From the human T2T-CHM13v2.0 reference genome, Homo sapiens, in the NCBI RefSeq assembly GCF_009914755.1, contig NC_060925.1: a stretch of 64,000 nt of DNA; one strand, 5' to 3'. Shown in pieces: positions 15,777 to 29,567 of the stretch. The stretch's first letter is position 1; every line of letters starts with the position of its first letter. The position numbers and the translations under genes were made by a program. A model generated the notes under the pieces. That model was not told the DNA's origin. It worked only from the letters and a program-made list of their open reading frames with translations, and ran no database searches.

Positions 15777-17104
15777 TTGTTTCTTAGTTTTCCTTCCTGC
15801 TAGCTCTCTCTCCGCTTGTCTGGAAAGTCTCCGCTTACTTATCTTCAGGCTAGTAATCCATCTTCACATGGATCCAAACTGCCATTACACCAATCTATTG
15901 ACTTTTTAAAATAATAACTATTGCATTTTATTTCTAACTTTAATAGATTTTCTTTCCAATTATAAGTATTTATTACATCTCTATGTTATTTCTACCATTA
16001 CCGTATTTTATTTGTATAATTTCCATTTTATTTCAAAATAGGTTATTATTTTCTGGTGAAAATTTTTACCGTCTCTTCCATTCTTCTGAACATCTAAATC
16101 ATATCATTTGAATGGTACTGTCTTATAACCTCGATGTCTCCATCATCTGTGAAAAACCTACTGTTTCCTGTTTTGAGTTTGTTTTCTCTTGCCTCTGCTT
16201 CTTTATATGCCTAGAATACTATGACTGAATGGTGGGTCTCTGTGAAAAATTATGAAAGGACTGAGTCGTGTTCTCTGTCTCTGAAGATGAATTCCCCTCT
16301 GCCCCTGGCAGGCACCAGAGGCACAGATCACCTCAACCCCATCTCTGTCTCGGCTGACCTGCAGCTTGTTTTTCCTCTTGGGAAACTCAGCAGCAGGATT
16401 TTTCCCTCAGAGAAACATCACATTTAAAGCATACATAGAAAAAGGTGGGGTTTTTTTCATAAAAAGTCTTAGTTTTCTTATTGTAAATTTAAACACATGG
16501 TTATTACTGTTCTTAAGCTAATTGGGCTAGCCTGGGCAACACAGTGAGACCCCGTAACTATGAAAAATAAAAACACTAGGCAGGCATGGTGGCATGTGCC
16601 TGCAGTCCCAGCTACTCAGGAGGCTGGGGCAGGAGGAGCACTTGAGTCCAGGGGTTCAAGGCAGCAGTGAGCTAGATCATGCCACTGCACTCCAGCCTGG
16701 GTGAGGAATAGAGACCCCGTCTCTGAAAATTAATAATAATCATATAGTAATAATAAGACAATTGGGGCAGTACCTCCTTTATATTGATCAGATACTCGAT
16801 TTGTCTATACCCTCCAGAGGAAGACAAAGTATTCTACTTTGTTTCCTGAGAAAATACTGTGTATTTATATATGAAAAAAATCCATTAAAATACTGGGCAT
16901 TCTAAAGCATCTAAATGTCATAAGTAATATCATTTAAAGTGGAAACAGAGGCAGTGGTGTCTATCAAGGATGCTTATCAGTGAGGGAAACAAAAGGAATC
17001 ATTAAGCACCCTTGGATACCTGAAGGGCCCCTCTGCCAAAAATCTCAGTAATTCTGTGATACACTTTTGAGTCTAGCAGGTTATTCTCTTTTCCAGAGTA
17101 CGAA

Positions 17105-17557
17105 GTTGCCAACCTAAAAGAACAACCAAGAGAGAGTGGTTCTCCAAAGAAGTGAATGTTTGGGGATAAACAGAGGATTTCAATCCAGGATATGCGCACT
17201 ATCGTATGAGGACCCAAAGGCACAACCAGGCAGGCTGAGAAGGGGAACCTTTAACAGCGAAAATGAGGAAGGTTACATAGTTGTTTTGAAACAATTATCC
17301 TTGGCCACAAGGAATAATCACAAGGGTGGCATCAGTCCAAGGATGAATAGGCAGTTGCTGGGCAGATGTCATTGCAGAGAGATTCTTTGGGTAAGGTTGT
17401 GGTGGCCTTTGTGCAAAGTTATGGTTTTCAGAGAGTTCTTGTAATAGTTTTTATCACAGGCATGTGTGTGTGAGCACCCCTCCTTTATGATCTCCTGATT
17501 GAATTTTGTTAGGATTTGGCATACGTGACTCCATTTTTCATTCTGACAACTTTTACA
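17105..17557 (-). mobile_element. ERV1 LTR (MER31/MER67 group)
   Basis: Reverse complement starts TGTAAAAGTTGTCAGAATGAAAAATGGAGTCAC. Confidence 0.65.
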
Positions 17558-18895
17558 GGTCATTGCTTTTCATCCATTTTTACTAAGGGCTGGACTTGCT
17601 TAAATTCCAGGAAATTATGAGGTCTTGATTCGTATAATTATCACAAGTGCTCATGTTGCTGACTCAGTTGCCTATTTGGGATGTTATAATTGTCTTTTTT
17701 CTCCTTCCTGTGCTGTAATTTACACAATCCTTAGAGGAGATTAATTTGATACTTTTCAGCTGTGAAAAACTTGAATATGCCAATCAAAGAAAGGTTCCCC
17801 TCACATGCTAGGAATTTAGTTTCTTTCCTGTGCTAAGATCCATTTAGGTATAGCACTTTCCTGGAGCCAAGAGTTCCTATGAAATGGGGTGTGGCATAGT
17901 GTGTATTAAGATCATCCTTATTACAGAGATGCCATTCTTGCAGATATTGACAGCTAATGTGTCCCTAAGACTTTTACCAAACATCAGATAGACAAGATAT
18001 GAAAACCTTCTCATTGCTGCAGTCTCAAATGTCAGGAAAGACCAGAATCTTTAGGATAATGGACAATCAAGAAAGACTCACAGACTAGATTAGCTGTCAT
18101 GTACTGCCAATCAGGGAATGGATCCTTGTCAACCACCACCTAACAGAGATTGTCCCCAGAAGTTCACTCCATAACATCAAAACCAGAAACCCACATTGGT
18201 GCCACTGATGACAGAAAATAATAATGCAAAAATGAGAAAGAAACAGTGAGAGAGAGAGAGAGAGAGAGAAGACATAGAGGGAGACAGAGACATGTACTAC
18301 AGCCATACTTAGTGATTAAAAGCCAAAGAGCTCAATTTCTATTCATGATATTCATTAAAAGAAGCAAGGAAACAGGAGCTAATAGCTCTGAGGGTTCAGG
18401 TCTACACAAGATGCCCGTTGGGTGGAGGGTTCTGTTGGCTCCAGTGATGTTTCTCAGATGTGCTAATTGTTATGGACATAGCCCCTGAAAAAATCTATCA
18501 AATAATAATACAGGGACAGCTATCTGCATGGTAATTTACCATTGTATAGGAGGGAGAAAGGGCATTAGATTGGTTTTGGCAAATAAAAGAAAAACCAAGA
18601 TTTATGAAGAAAAGAGGAAAGGGGAGAAGAAAAAAATTGCCTGGGACCTTTGTGATTTTGCTCCCCTTGTGTAAGGGACTTGACAGAAAGCTTTCCAAGA
18701 GGTCGCTGTGGCCCATCTTCTCTGGACCAGTGTGACTTAGTCATCACAGAAAACAATCACAGATGTTGGAGGACTTTAAAATATCTTAGAAGTTTAGCAG
18801 TTCATCCTATGTCACAGAGTTTCTGTGTGCAATGTCCACCATGTCCTTCTGTTGTACAACCCCTCAGTTAAGCCAGGAGGGTGCCTCTCCCCTCA

Positions 18896-19080
18896 CGACC
18901 AGCCTGGGCAACACGGCGAAATCCCGTCTCTACAAAAAATACAAAAATTAGCCCATAGTATGGCGCACGCCTGTAGTCCCAGCTCCTTGGGGTGCTGAGG
19001 CAAGAAAATCGCTCGGCCCCAGGAGGTCGAGGCTGCAGTGAGCCATGTTTGCACTACTGCATGCCAACCTGGGTGACCAA
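18896..19080 (+). repeat. Tail-less Alu fragment, inverted copy of 20542-20726
   Basis: About 12 mismatches in 185 bp, shared private variants and nearly the same 5' boundary. Confidence 0.9.
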
Positions 19081-19812
19081 GGCTGGAATATCATACATCC
19101 ATGTGTAGAAAGTTTGTTGTGCCGGCAAGTAAATGACAAAGGGGACATTAACAGAACTGAGAAACAAATTGGAATACGATTTGGTACCGCTCCCACGAAA
19201 GATAAATTTGCAGAATGTACTCAAATTGGAAACATTAAATAAATTCTATAATGTAAAATTAGCACATCCTGTTGTCCACACTATAGAAATATCTGCACAA
19301 GTGACCGAAGATATGTGTACAAGAATGATGGTGATTGCAGCATCATTTGTAATCCTAAAACTATGAAACGCACCTCACTTCAAAAACATTTTGAAAAGGG
19401 TTAAATAAATCATGCACAAACTCAAGAAGAAATGCTGTTCTCACAAACACTGGCGATGATCACCATGAGGATGACTGATTCCACTGGTCACATTATTGAT
19501 AGAGCAATCAGTAAACCCAGGCACATCCTGGGGATAGGATACTACTGTAATAGGCCTCCTATTATTAAACATGAAAAACTTGAAGCACAAAATGTCCACC
19601 TAACTGACCCAAGTCATGGGAGCAAGGAAGATTTTTATCACACCACAGGTGAGATCCTTTCTAAGGTCTATGGGATTCCTGAGTTTGATAGGTATAACGC
19701 GCGGTGGCCCTTGCCAAGCCTCAGACTTAAGGTGGATAGGAAGTGGGGACATGTGTGTCTTGTGATCAATCAGGAGTTGGTTGTCCCATCAACAGAAACA
19801 GGTTAAAATAAA

Positions 19813-19887
19813 GCCCCAGGGCCCCGGCTGGAACTACCAACCTTTCTATTAACAGCAGAATGCTCTAACGAATTGCGCTGCAGGTAC
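19813..19887 (-). pseudogene. Decayed tRNA-Asn(GTT)
   Basis: GTACCTGCAGCGCAATTCGTTAGAGCATTCTGCTGTTAATAGAAAGGTTGGTAGTTCCAGCC...; same position in the cassette as the intact tRNA; acceptor stem and B box broken. Confidence 0.88.
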
Positions 19888-19989
19888 ACGTTCCGTGCCT
19901 TCTTCTGGGCGCTATAGGAAGGGTGCACTCAGCAAACTCCCCATCCCCTCAATCTTCAGGGGCCCTCCTGGCAGGACGACTGTGCAAGT

Positions 19990-20430
19990 TCCAGGTCCTT
20001 GGAAAACCGGAGAGATTAGAGCGGTGAATTGTAGTGTTGGACACCTGCGCGTTGGGATATTCTAGAGCACGAAGGACAGCCGAATGGCCTTCGCCCGCCC
20101 TGCCCCTCGCCTGCTTCAGAAGCCCGAGGAAACGCCCTCGTCCGCGACCCGAGCCGCCGCCTCGAGGCTCAGGGGAAGCTGAACGCTCGGTGGGCTCCTG
20201 GGATGCATCTTCGCGTTCTTTGCGCCGCCTTCACCCACTGAGGGAGCCTGTGCCCACCCTGCCCAGTCGCTTTCGGGGCCGCTGCGGAGCTTCCGCTGCC
20301 ATCTTCGGATCCTGTGTCCCGCACGGGGGCTCCACCAGGGCAGTGATGATGGTGAGGGTCGCTCGTGGGTCCCCTCGCGGGAAACAGGGTATGGCACTCA
20401 CCAGAGCGCACGACTAGGACTTGAATTAAT
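19990..20430. promoter_or_regulatory. CpG island / putative Pol II promoter (copy B)
   Basis: ETS-like CTTCCG at 20290, YY1-like GCCATCTT at 20298, donor ATG|GTGAGG at 20352. Confidence 0.6.
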
Positions 20431-20507
20431 CCATCGTCGCATTCAGTTTTTAGTCTTTTGAAGAGCTCTGAAAATAGAAATCATGAACTGTTTTTCCATG
20501 GGGAAGT

Positions 20508-20939
20508 TTTGTTTTGTTCTGTTTGTGAGACAGGGTCTCACTTGGTAGCCCAGGCTGGAGTGCAGTGATGCAAACACGGCTCACTGCAGCCTCGACCTCC
20601 TGGGGCCGAGCGATTTTCTTGCCTCAGCGCCCCAAGGAGCTGGGACTACAGGCGTGCGCCACACGATGGGCTAATTTTTGTATTTTTTGTAGAGACGGGA
20701 TTTCACCGTGTTGCCCAGGCTGGTCGCGAAGGGAAAGTAAGTTTTTTTTTTGTTTTGTTTTGTTTTTTTTGTTTTTTTTTTTGATACAGGGTCTCGCTCT
20801 GTCGCCCAGGCTGGAGTGCAGTGGCGCGAACTCGGCTCACTGCAAGCTCCGCCTCCGGGGTTCACGCCATTTCCTGGCTCAGCCTCCCCAGTAGCTGGGA
20901 CTACAGGCGCCCGCCACAACTCCCGGCTAATTTTTTTTC

Positions 20940-20987
<48 letters not shown>

Positions 20988-21107
20988 TTTAGTAGATACG
21001 GGGTTTCACCGTGTTGGCCAGGATGGTCTCGATCTCCTGACCTCGTGATCCGCCTGCCTCGGCCTCCCAAAGTGCTGGGATTACAGGCGTGAGCCACCGC
21101 GCCCGGC
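20508..21107 (-). mobile_element. 5'-truncated Alu (20508-20726) followed by AluY (20742-21107) with (TTTC)n linker
   Basis: Alu consensus; both are absent at the equivalent site in copy A (~8948). Confidence 0.9.
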
Positions 21108-21531
21108 GGTAAATTCTTTTTAAAAAGCGTTTATTCCGATGGATTTCCTGGCATCCCGTGGGGCAGACAACGGGCTGAGGCCTCCAGTAAACCTTCTGCG
21201 CGATGGAGCTGCGGGGGCTCAGCTGCGCTGTTTTTGGGTGGGTGCCTGGGGCACTAGGGCGGGAGCGGGGCACTGGGTGGGTCCAACGGGTAACTGCAAG
21301 GAGGAGAGCAAGGAAGTCGGCAGAGGCGGCGACCCTGGCGAGGAAACTTCCCAGTAGCTTTGTTCAGCGGTAAGGACCGGATCCCTGAGAGACAAAAATC
21401 ATCTTTTCTACTGTAGCAGAGTGGGGAGAACGCCAGGAAAAATGGAGAGACACCAAGAAAGAAGGAAAATCATGGGGACCCTTAGGCCGAAGCAGCCCTA
21501 TATTAAGTTTAAAGAAGAAAGCAGGCGGCTT

Positions 21532-21594
21532 CCTGTGATGGTATATTGGTTAGTACTCTGCATCGCGGCCAAGGGTGGAATCCCAGTCATGGCA
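21532..21594 (+). pseudogene. Decayed tRNA-His(GTG)-derived sequence
   Basis: CCTGTGATGGTATATTGGTTAGTACTCTGCATCGCGGCCAAGGGTGGAATCCCAGTCATGGCA aligns to recalled tRNA-His (GCCGTGATCGTATAGTGGTTAGTACTCTGCG...GAATCCGAGTCACGGCA) with a ~9-nt deletion and a mutated anticodon. Confidence 0.82.
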
Positions 21595-22079
21595 GTGTCC
21601 CTCCTGGGGCGTGGCACTCCTCCTTTCCTTTAGACTCCAACCTCTGCCTAGGCTGCGCTTTTACCTGCGACTAGAGAGGTTACAACTTACCAGTGCCTTC
21701 GGAGCTCTGTGCAGTGGTGAGAATAGAAGGAACCCCTACCTTGCATGCTGGGGTCCAGTCATCTTGAAAGGCTGGGCTTTTGCCCCCTCTCTGAGCAAGT
21801 GCAGCACCCAAAAGGTGAGGTGCTCCCTCTCAGTCAGCCTTATTGGAATCCTCCACTATTACCACGATGTGGCCATAACCGTTTTTCTGGTTCAGATATT
21901 TCAAACATCCGTGGGGCCTTTTAAGGCCGAATCAGAAACAAGCGAGAGGACATGAGGCTAGTTTGCACTCCAACTGGGAATTTTAAGTAAAGCCTAAAGA
22001 ATACAATAAAATCTAAACTTAATGTCATTCCCCAACACCCAAATGTTATTTGTTTTTATTTATTTATTTGTTTATGTAT

Positions 22080-23945
22080 TTTTGCTATCAGTAAATGACT
22101 GAAGTATAATCCACACAGACCAAAGTGTTCCAATCTGAAGTGCACAGCCCAGTGCATTTTGACGTAAGAAACCATCACCCAGATCAAGTTACGGGACATT
22201 TTCACCAGCCCAAAAAGTCATCAGAGCCCCTTTCCAGTCAGTCCTCACCCCATCCCCACTTAGGCAATCAACATTCTGATTTCTATCTCCATGGGTTACT
22301 TTTGCTTCTTCTTGAAATTCACGTAAAGGAATATACTGATTCTGTTTCTTTTTTGAATGCAACAATGGTTTTGAGATACATTCATTTTATGGCATGTATC
22401 TCAACTTTTTGATGTTATTGATGAATACAATACCATTGATGGAAGATTGGAATATTTCTACTTTTGGCTATTGTGAATAAGGTGTTTATGGGCCTTTTTA
22501 TGGACCTGTGCCTTCATTTCTCTTGAGTATAAACCTGGTAATGGAATGGCCAGGTCATGGAGCAGGCATATTTTTAACTTTATTAGAAAGAAACTATCAG
22601 ACACTCTTTTAGAATGGTTGCACTATCATATTCTCTTGCCAGCAACAAGGAATACATTTGCTCCGCACTCTTATAAGCTAGTGGTTTTCCCTGTCTCTTA
22701 AATGTTGCCCATTCTGATGGGCGTGTAATGGTGTATCACGGCATTTTAAATTTGTGTTTTCTGAATGAGTGACGATGCTGATAATTCTTTCTTTTGACAT
22801 TTGGACATGAAGAAATCCTCTTTTGTGAACAAACACTGTTCAAGTGTTTTGTTCATTTTAAATTGGCTTGACTCTTTCCCCTCACCCATTTTTACATAAA
22901 CTTTACTGTTAGAATAGAAAAATTGAGAAGCTAGTACACAGAATGGAGTAAAGAGGCTGGAATGGGTTTGGGGAACCAACTCACATTTTATGGTTAACAC
23001 ATTGTTCAAGAACAATGTATGTTTTCCAAAGACATCCCCTTATTGAAATACGCAGAGAAAGTGTGGGATAAAAGAGCATATACTAAACATCTCAGAACGA
23101 GTTTCTGGAAGTGGACAAGGGAATGGGAATGCGATAAACAGAGAAAAGGAGAGACAGTAAGGGCCTTGCTCAGAGCAGCCACCATACTGTGCCCTGTGCT
23201 AAGGACATGGAATTTTGAAAACAGAAAGTTCACCCAGACAGACCAGTCTAGATAAGAAAGGCAGGAAGAGACTTTAAAAAACAAAGCAAAAACAGAGAAA
23301 TCATACAATGAGATGCTGGGAATGAGACTATGCCCATCATCTCCAACATAACACTAATTACTGCTAATTGTAATGAATCTAAATCTCTCAGATTGGATAG
23401 AAAAGGAAATGCTGGCTCTAACAGTTTAATGGACAGAAAAGGGTTAAATATTAAAAGCAGTGCTTATTATCCTTAGCAAACTAATGCAGGATCAGAAAAC
23501 CAAATACCACATGTTCTCACTTATAAGCGGGAGCTGAATGATGAGAACATGTGGACAGATAGGATGGGGGTGGGGACAGCACACACTGGAGCCTGCCAGA
23601 AGGTGGGGCTGGGAAGAGGGAGAGCATCAGAAAGAGGAGCTAATGGATGGTGGGCTTAGTACCTGGGTGATGGGATGATCCGTGCAGCAAACCACCATGA
23701 CACACATTTACCTATGGAACAAACCTGCACATCCTGCACATGTACCCCTAAATTTAAAGTAAAACTGGAAGTAAAACATTTAAAAAGAAAAGAAAACAAA
23801 CAACAACAATAACAACAAAAAGAGTGGTGCAAATCTGTACCAGGCTTATTGGAAACAAAAGAATGAGAGTGAAAACATGGGTATCAGACAAAGGCAAACA
23901 GCAAAACAATGCTTTATATTAGCTAAAGGAGTAATATCCTAGCAT
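22080..23945. mobile_element. Old L1M fragments plus an L1PA 3' end (~23460-23820, plus strand)
   Basis: L1 3'UTR and endonuclease-region similarity. Confidence 0.7.
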
Positions 23946-24314
23946 CTAACTAAAGTCGAATGGAATCGAATGGAACTGTTTTTCCCTGAACTGGCCTCCT
24001 TGGGTGGCCAACCAGGGCATGGTGAAGGGAAAAAATCTTGGAGTGCAATGTCCATTTCTTTGCTCTTGTTTTGGTCTCTGTAAGGCATAAGAAGTTAAAA
24101 AGCAAGATCTGATCTTCGGAGTTTTCCAGGAATTCGAAATAGGTATATGAGGAAAGAAGCTCAATTATCACCCAGGTCTCCGGGAGTATCCCAGGTATAG
24201 TGCCAAGAGTCCAGCTTTCCGAACCGGGGTCCCTGGGTTCTGAAGGCCTTTTTGGGGAAAGTACTGATGTTTTTGTCAAGGTTGGGGGGAAAGGGTTTGG
24301 AAGGCCCCAACACC

Positions 24315-24352
24315 CACCACTGGTCACACACATACTGGCTGAATTCCAGACT
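24315..24352 (+). repeat. 38-bp exact copy of 36820-36857
   Basis: CACCACTGGTCACACACATACTGGCTGAATTCCAGACT at both sites. Confidence 0.97.
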
Positions 24353-24417
24353 ATGCTGGCTGGTCTCAAACTCCCAACCTCAGGTGATCTGCCCGCTTCA
24401 GCCTCCCAAAGTGCTGA

Positions 24418-24639
<222 letters not shown>

Positions 24640-25199
24640 TAGTACAGACGGGGTTTCACCATGTTGATCAGGTTGGTCTTGAACTCCTGACCTCGAGTGA
24701 TCTGCCTGCCTCGGCCTCCCAAAGTGCTGGGATTACAGGCATGAGCCACTGCACCCAGCCTGTTTTCAAGGTTTTTATGAACACTGGTACCTCCATCATT
24801 TTCAACAGGTACAAAAAGCAGAAAGTGGCAAGAAGAAAAAGCCTACAGTTAAGTTTCCTTCATTCAACAAATACTAATTGAGTATCTACTATGTACCAAG
24901 GCACTGTCCTAACACTTATGAAAAAGAAAACATCAATAATAAGAGTGGTGAGGAAATAAGAAATTTAAAGACATATAGGAATTGTCTAAAGGCCAAGTAA
25001 ATCTTTGTCTTTTAGACTAAAAGGCTGTGCTAAAGTAGTGAATAATAAGCAAGAAAAAAAAAAGAAGAGTGAATGATAAAACAGAAAAATGTTTTCCTGT
25101 ATGACTAGAGGTCATTCTTAATGAGGACAACACAATCATCTAGGGGATAGTTGGGACATCTATGGAAGTGCTTTGGTTGTCACAGCAGTTAAGAAGTGC

Positions 25200-25645
25200 T
25201 TCTCACTATTCACAATAGCAAAGACATGGAATAAACCCAAATGCCCATCAGTGAGAGACTAGATAAAGAAAATGTGGTACATATACACCATGGAATACCA
25301 TTCAGCCATAAAAAGGACGAGTGATTACTTTGCAGGGATGTGGATGGAGCTGGAAGCCGTTATCCTCAGCAAACTAACATAGGAACAGAAAACCACACAT
25401 CACACGTTCTCATTTGTAAGTAGGGGCTAAATGAGGAGGACACATGGTGGGGAACAACACACACTGGGGCCTGTTGAGGGAGCCTCAGGAAGAATATCTA
25501 ATGGATGCTGGGCTTAATAGCTAGGTGATGAGTTGATCTGTGCAGCCAACCACCATGGCACAGGTTTGCCTACATAACAAAACCTGCACATCCTGCACAT
25601 GTGCCCCGGGACTTAAAATAAAAGTTGCAGAAAAAAAAAAAAAGT
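25200..25645 (+). mobile_element. L1PA 3' fragment
   Basis: L1 3'UTR with poly(A). Confidence 0.85.
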
Positions 25646-26882
25646 GTTACTGACATTCAATTGGCAGAGGCCAGGAAAGCATAGGCAAGTCCAGCACAAA
25701 GAAAAAATGTCTTTATTCTCAAACTTCCTTATGAATAGTTAACTGGATTTTTAAAATCTGTATAATTACCAAAGCCTAGAACCTAATTACATTCTACGTA
25801 TAAGCACCAAGTCCTTCTGCATAATTTTATTTATTTATTTATTTTTTTTTGAGACAGGGTCTCACTCTGTCACCCAGGCTGGAGTGCAGCGGTGTGATCA
25901 CGGTTCACTACAGCCTTGACCTCTTGGGCTCAGGTAATCCTCCCACCTCAGCCTCCCAGGTAGCTGGGACTTCAGGCACGTGCCACCAAGCCCGGCTAAT
26001 TTTTAAAAAAATTTTTTGTAGAGACAGGGTTTTACCATGTTGCCCAGGCTGGTCTCCAACTCCTGGGCTCAAGTGATCCAACCGCCTTGGTATCCCAAAG
26101 TGCTGGGATTACAGGCGTAAGCCACCGTGCCCAGTCCATAATTTTAATATGTACTAAATGTCCAGAAAAGCAACTGCTGAATAAAGTAAGAGAAAACTGT
26201 ACTTTGGGGCAGATGCAGTGGCTCACGTTTGTAATCTCAGCACTTTGGGAGGCCAAGGAGGAGGACAGCTTGAGCCTAATTCAAAACCAGCCTGGGCAAC
26301 TAAGTGAGACCCCATCACTACCAAAAAAAAAAAAAAAAAAAAAAAAAAAAGAAGAAGAAGAAAGAAGTTGTACTTGAGTTTTATTTGTACATTTGCAAAG
26401 AATTGTTCACTGTACTGGTTTGCTTCTCCTGGTATTTAAGTTGCAAATACCCTTATAGCAGTCTACTCAGGTAGCTGTCATGTCAAGCTAATCTGTCAGA
26501 AATATTTTCTATTTATCCTTTATCTTACTGCAAGATAATTTTTTTAATTATATATGTAGGGCCGGGTGTGGTGGCTCACGCCTATAACCCCAGCACTTTG
26601 GGAGGCCGAGGTGGGCGCACTTGAGGCCAGGAGTTCGAGACCAGCCTGGCCAACATGGTGAAACCCTGTCTCTACAAAGAATAAATAATAATACAAAAAA
26701 ATTAGCCAGGTGTGGTGATGCACGCTTGTAATCTCAGCTACTTGGAAGGCTGAGGCACGAGCATCGCTTGAAGCACCCAGGAGGCAGAGGATACAGTGAG
26801 CCAAGATCACGCCACTGCACTGCAGCCTGGTTGACAGAGATTCTGTCTCACAAAAAAAAAAAAAAAAAAACAAAAAAAAAAC

Positions 26883-26915
<33 letters not shown>

Positions 26916-28786
26916 TATATGTAGAAAAGCTGTATTACCTGTGGATTTCATTTCACTAAAGAGAGTATTTCAAAATACTTATAAGAAGAGGGCACTGAAT
27001 CTGAGAGGTCTGAGAATTAACGGGCTAGAAGATCAGCATCATTGTAGGATACCTGCAGGTCTCAGTTAATCCAGCAAAAGGTAAGAAAGAGCATGTAACT
27101 ATAACTGTTTTTTCTTTTGAGAATGTAAATTCTAAGCATGGTGAAAGGTAAGCAAGATGAAACTTCTGGAAGATGGTACTATGGGTTAAAAGTCTATTCA
27201 AATCTGTACAACATCAAAGTGAGTGGCAAGGAGGTAAACATTACCTTGTCTACTAAGAAGTTTCCTGTGACACTTGTTCAAATTATCAAGGAGAGAGATT
27301 AATCTGTCCTAACAGATTTTCAAGGAAGACAAAACTAACTGGTCTGGCCAGGCGTGGTGGCTAACACCTGTAATCCCAGCACTTTGGAAGGCCGAGGCAG
27401 GCGCATCACTTGCAAGGTCAGGAGTTTGAGACCAGCCTGGCCAACATGGTGAAACCCCGCCTCTACTAAAAATACAAAAATTAGCCAGGTGTGGTGGCGC
27501 ACACCCATAATCTCAGTTACTCGGGAGGCTGAGGCACAAGAATTGCTTGAACGTGGGAGGCGGAGGTTGCAGTGAGCCAAGATTGCACCACTGCACTCCA
27601 GCCTGGGCGACAGAGTGAGGCTTCAGGTCTCAAAAAAAAACAAAAAACAAAATCTAACTGGTCTGTTTTGGGAAAAGAGTCACCAACAGTCTACTTATCA
27701 TACAAGAAAAGTATGCCTGGTTTAAAAATCACTGGCGCCAACTCACTTCTTTTTTAAATTTTTTTTTAAGAGATGGGGTTTCGCCATATCACCCAGGCTG
27801 GTCTCAAACTCCTGAGCTCAAGTTACCCACCCACCTCTGCCTCCCAAAGTGCTGGGATTACAGGTGTTAGCCACCATACCTGTCCTACTTCTAACTGATA
27901 TACATGCATCTGGGGACCTCTGAGAAACTCTGAACAGCAAACAATTGAAAAAAGAAATTTCTAAAAAAGAATAATTTTTCAGCACCTAAACTTCTGTATG
28001 TGAAACTATAACAACAACCTAAAATGCTTCTAATACGGTAATGGCCCTATTTCTCTGCAAATAAGGATTGCTCACGATTCTTACACTGCCTTTCAATTAG
28101 GATTATACAGCTCCATTCCTCATTCAAGCTTCCAATACGTGCACCTAAGTATCATTTTACAATGGGATATACTTAGGTAAACTGAGACGGTCAGATGACT
28201 CAGCGAGAAGTCACCCGAAGAATTTTAGAACAAAGATTAATAACTCCAATATACCCTCTCAACCAAGAATTTGAAGAAACTAAAAGGTTAAACACAAAAT
28301 TTCTGGAGCTTATGAAACTTCTGAGAGGTATAAGAGAAACACAGAAAGTAAAACTAAAAGTTAGGCTTGTTGTCTGCTTTTCATTTTGTTTTCAAACTGG
28401 GATTTCCAGCTGTCTTACTAAATTACATGCAGTGTTTCTATCTCAATTAATTCCCAACTGACAAAAAAATGTGGATAGTTTTCTTTTATAAGTTGCTCTT
28501 ACAGTATGTAACTTGAGAGGGGTAATCCAATTCCTCTGGTCTCAGTAATTCCAAAGACAGAAAGTAACTCCAATAGATACTGCTATAATGGAATTGCAGC
28601 CACTAACTGAGCCCTAGTTCCTGTTCTAAACCCTCTCTCCCATCAGAGGTTTGCCTAAAATTATACGGTCTCAATTTTCTTACTGAAAATTCACTGGGAT
28701 CCCAAAATTAAAAATCAAACCTACACCAAAACAAAACCTTAAACACAATTAGCACAAGATGACACTGACTATCCCTCTATCTATCC

Positions 28787-29310
<524 letters not shown>

Positions 29311-29324
29311 GGCTATCTCATTTA

Positions 29325-29567
<243 letters not shown>

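Larger units (their letters stand above)
18783..21430. repeat. tRNA/CpG cassette, copy B of a local duplication
   Basis: Colinear with 6650-9240 but with independent Alu insertions; 55-bp exact block 20071-20125 = 8507-8561. Confidence 0.9.
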
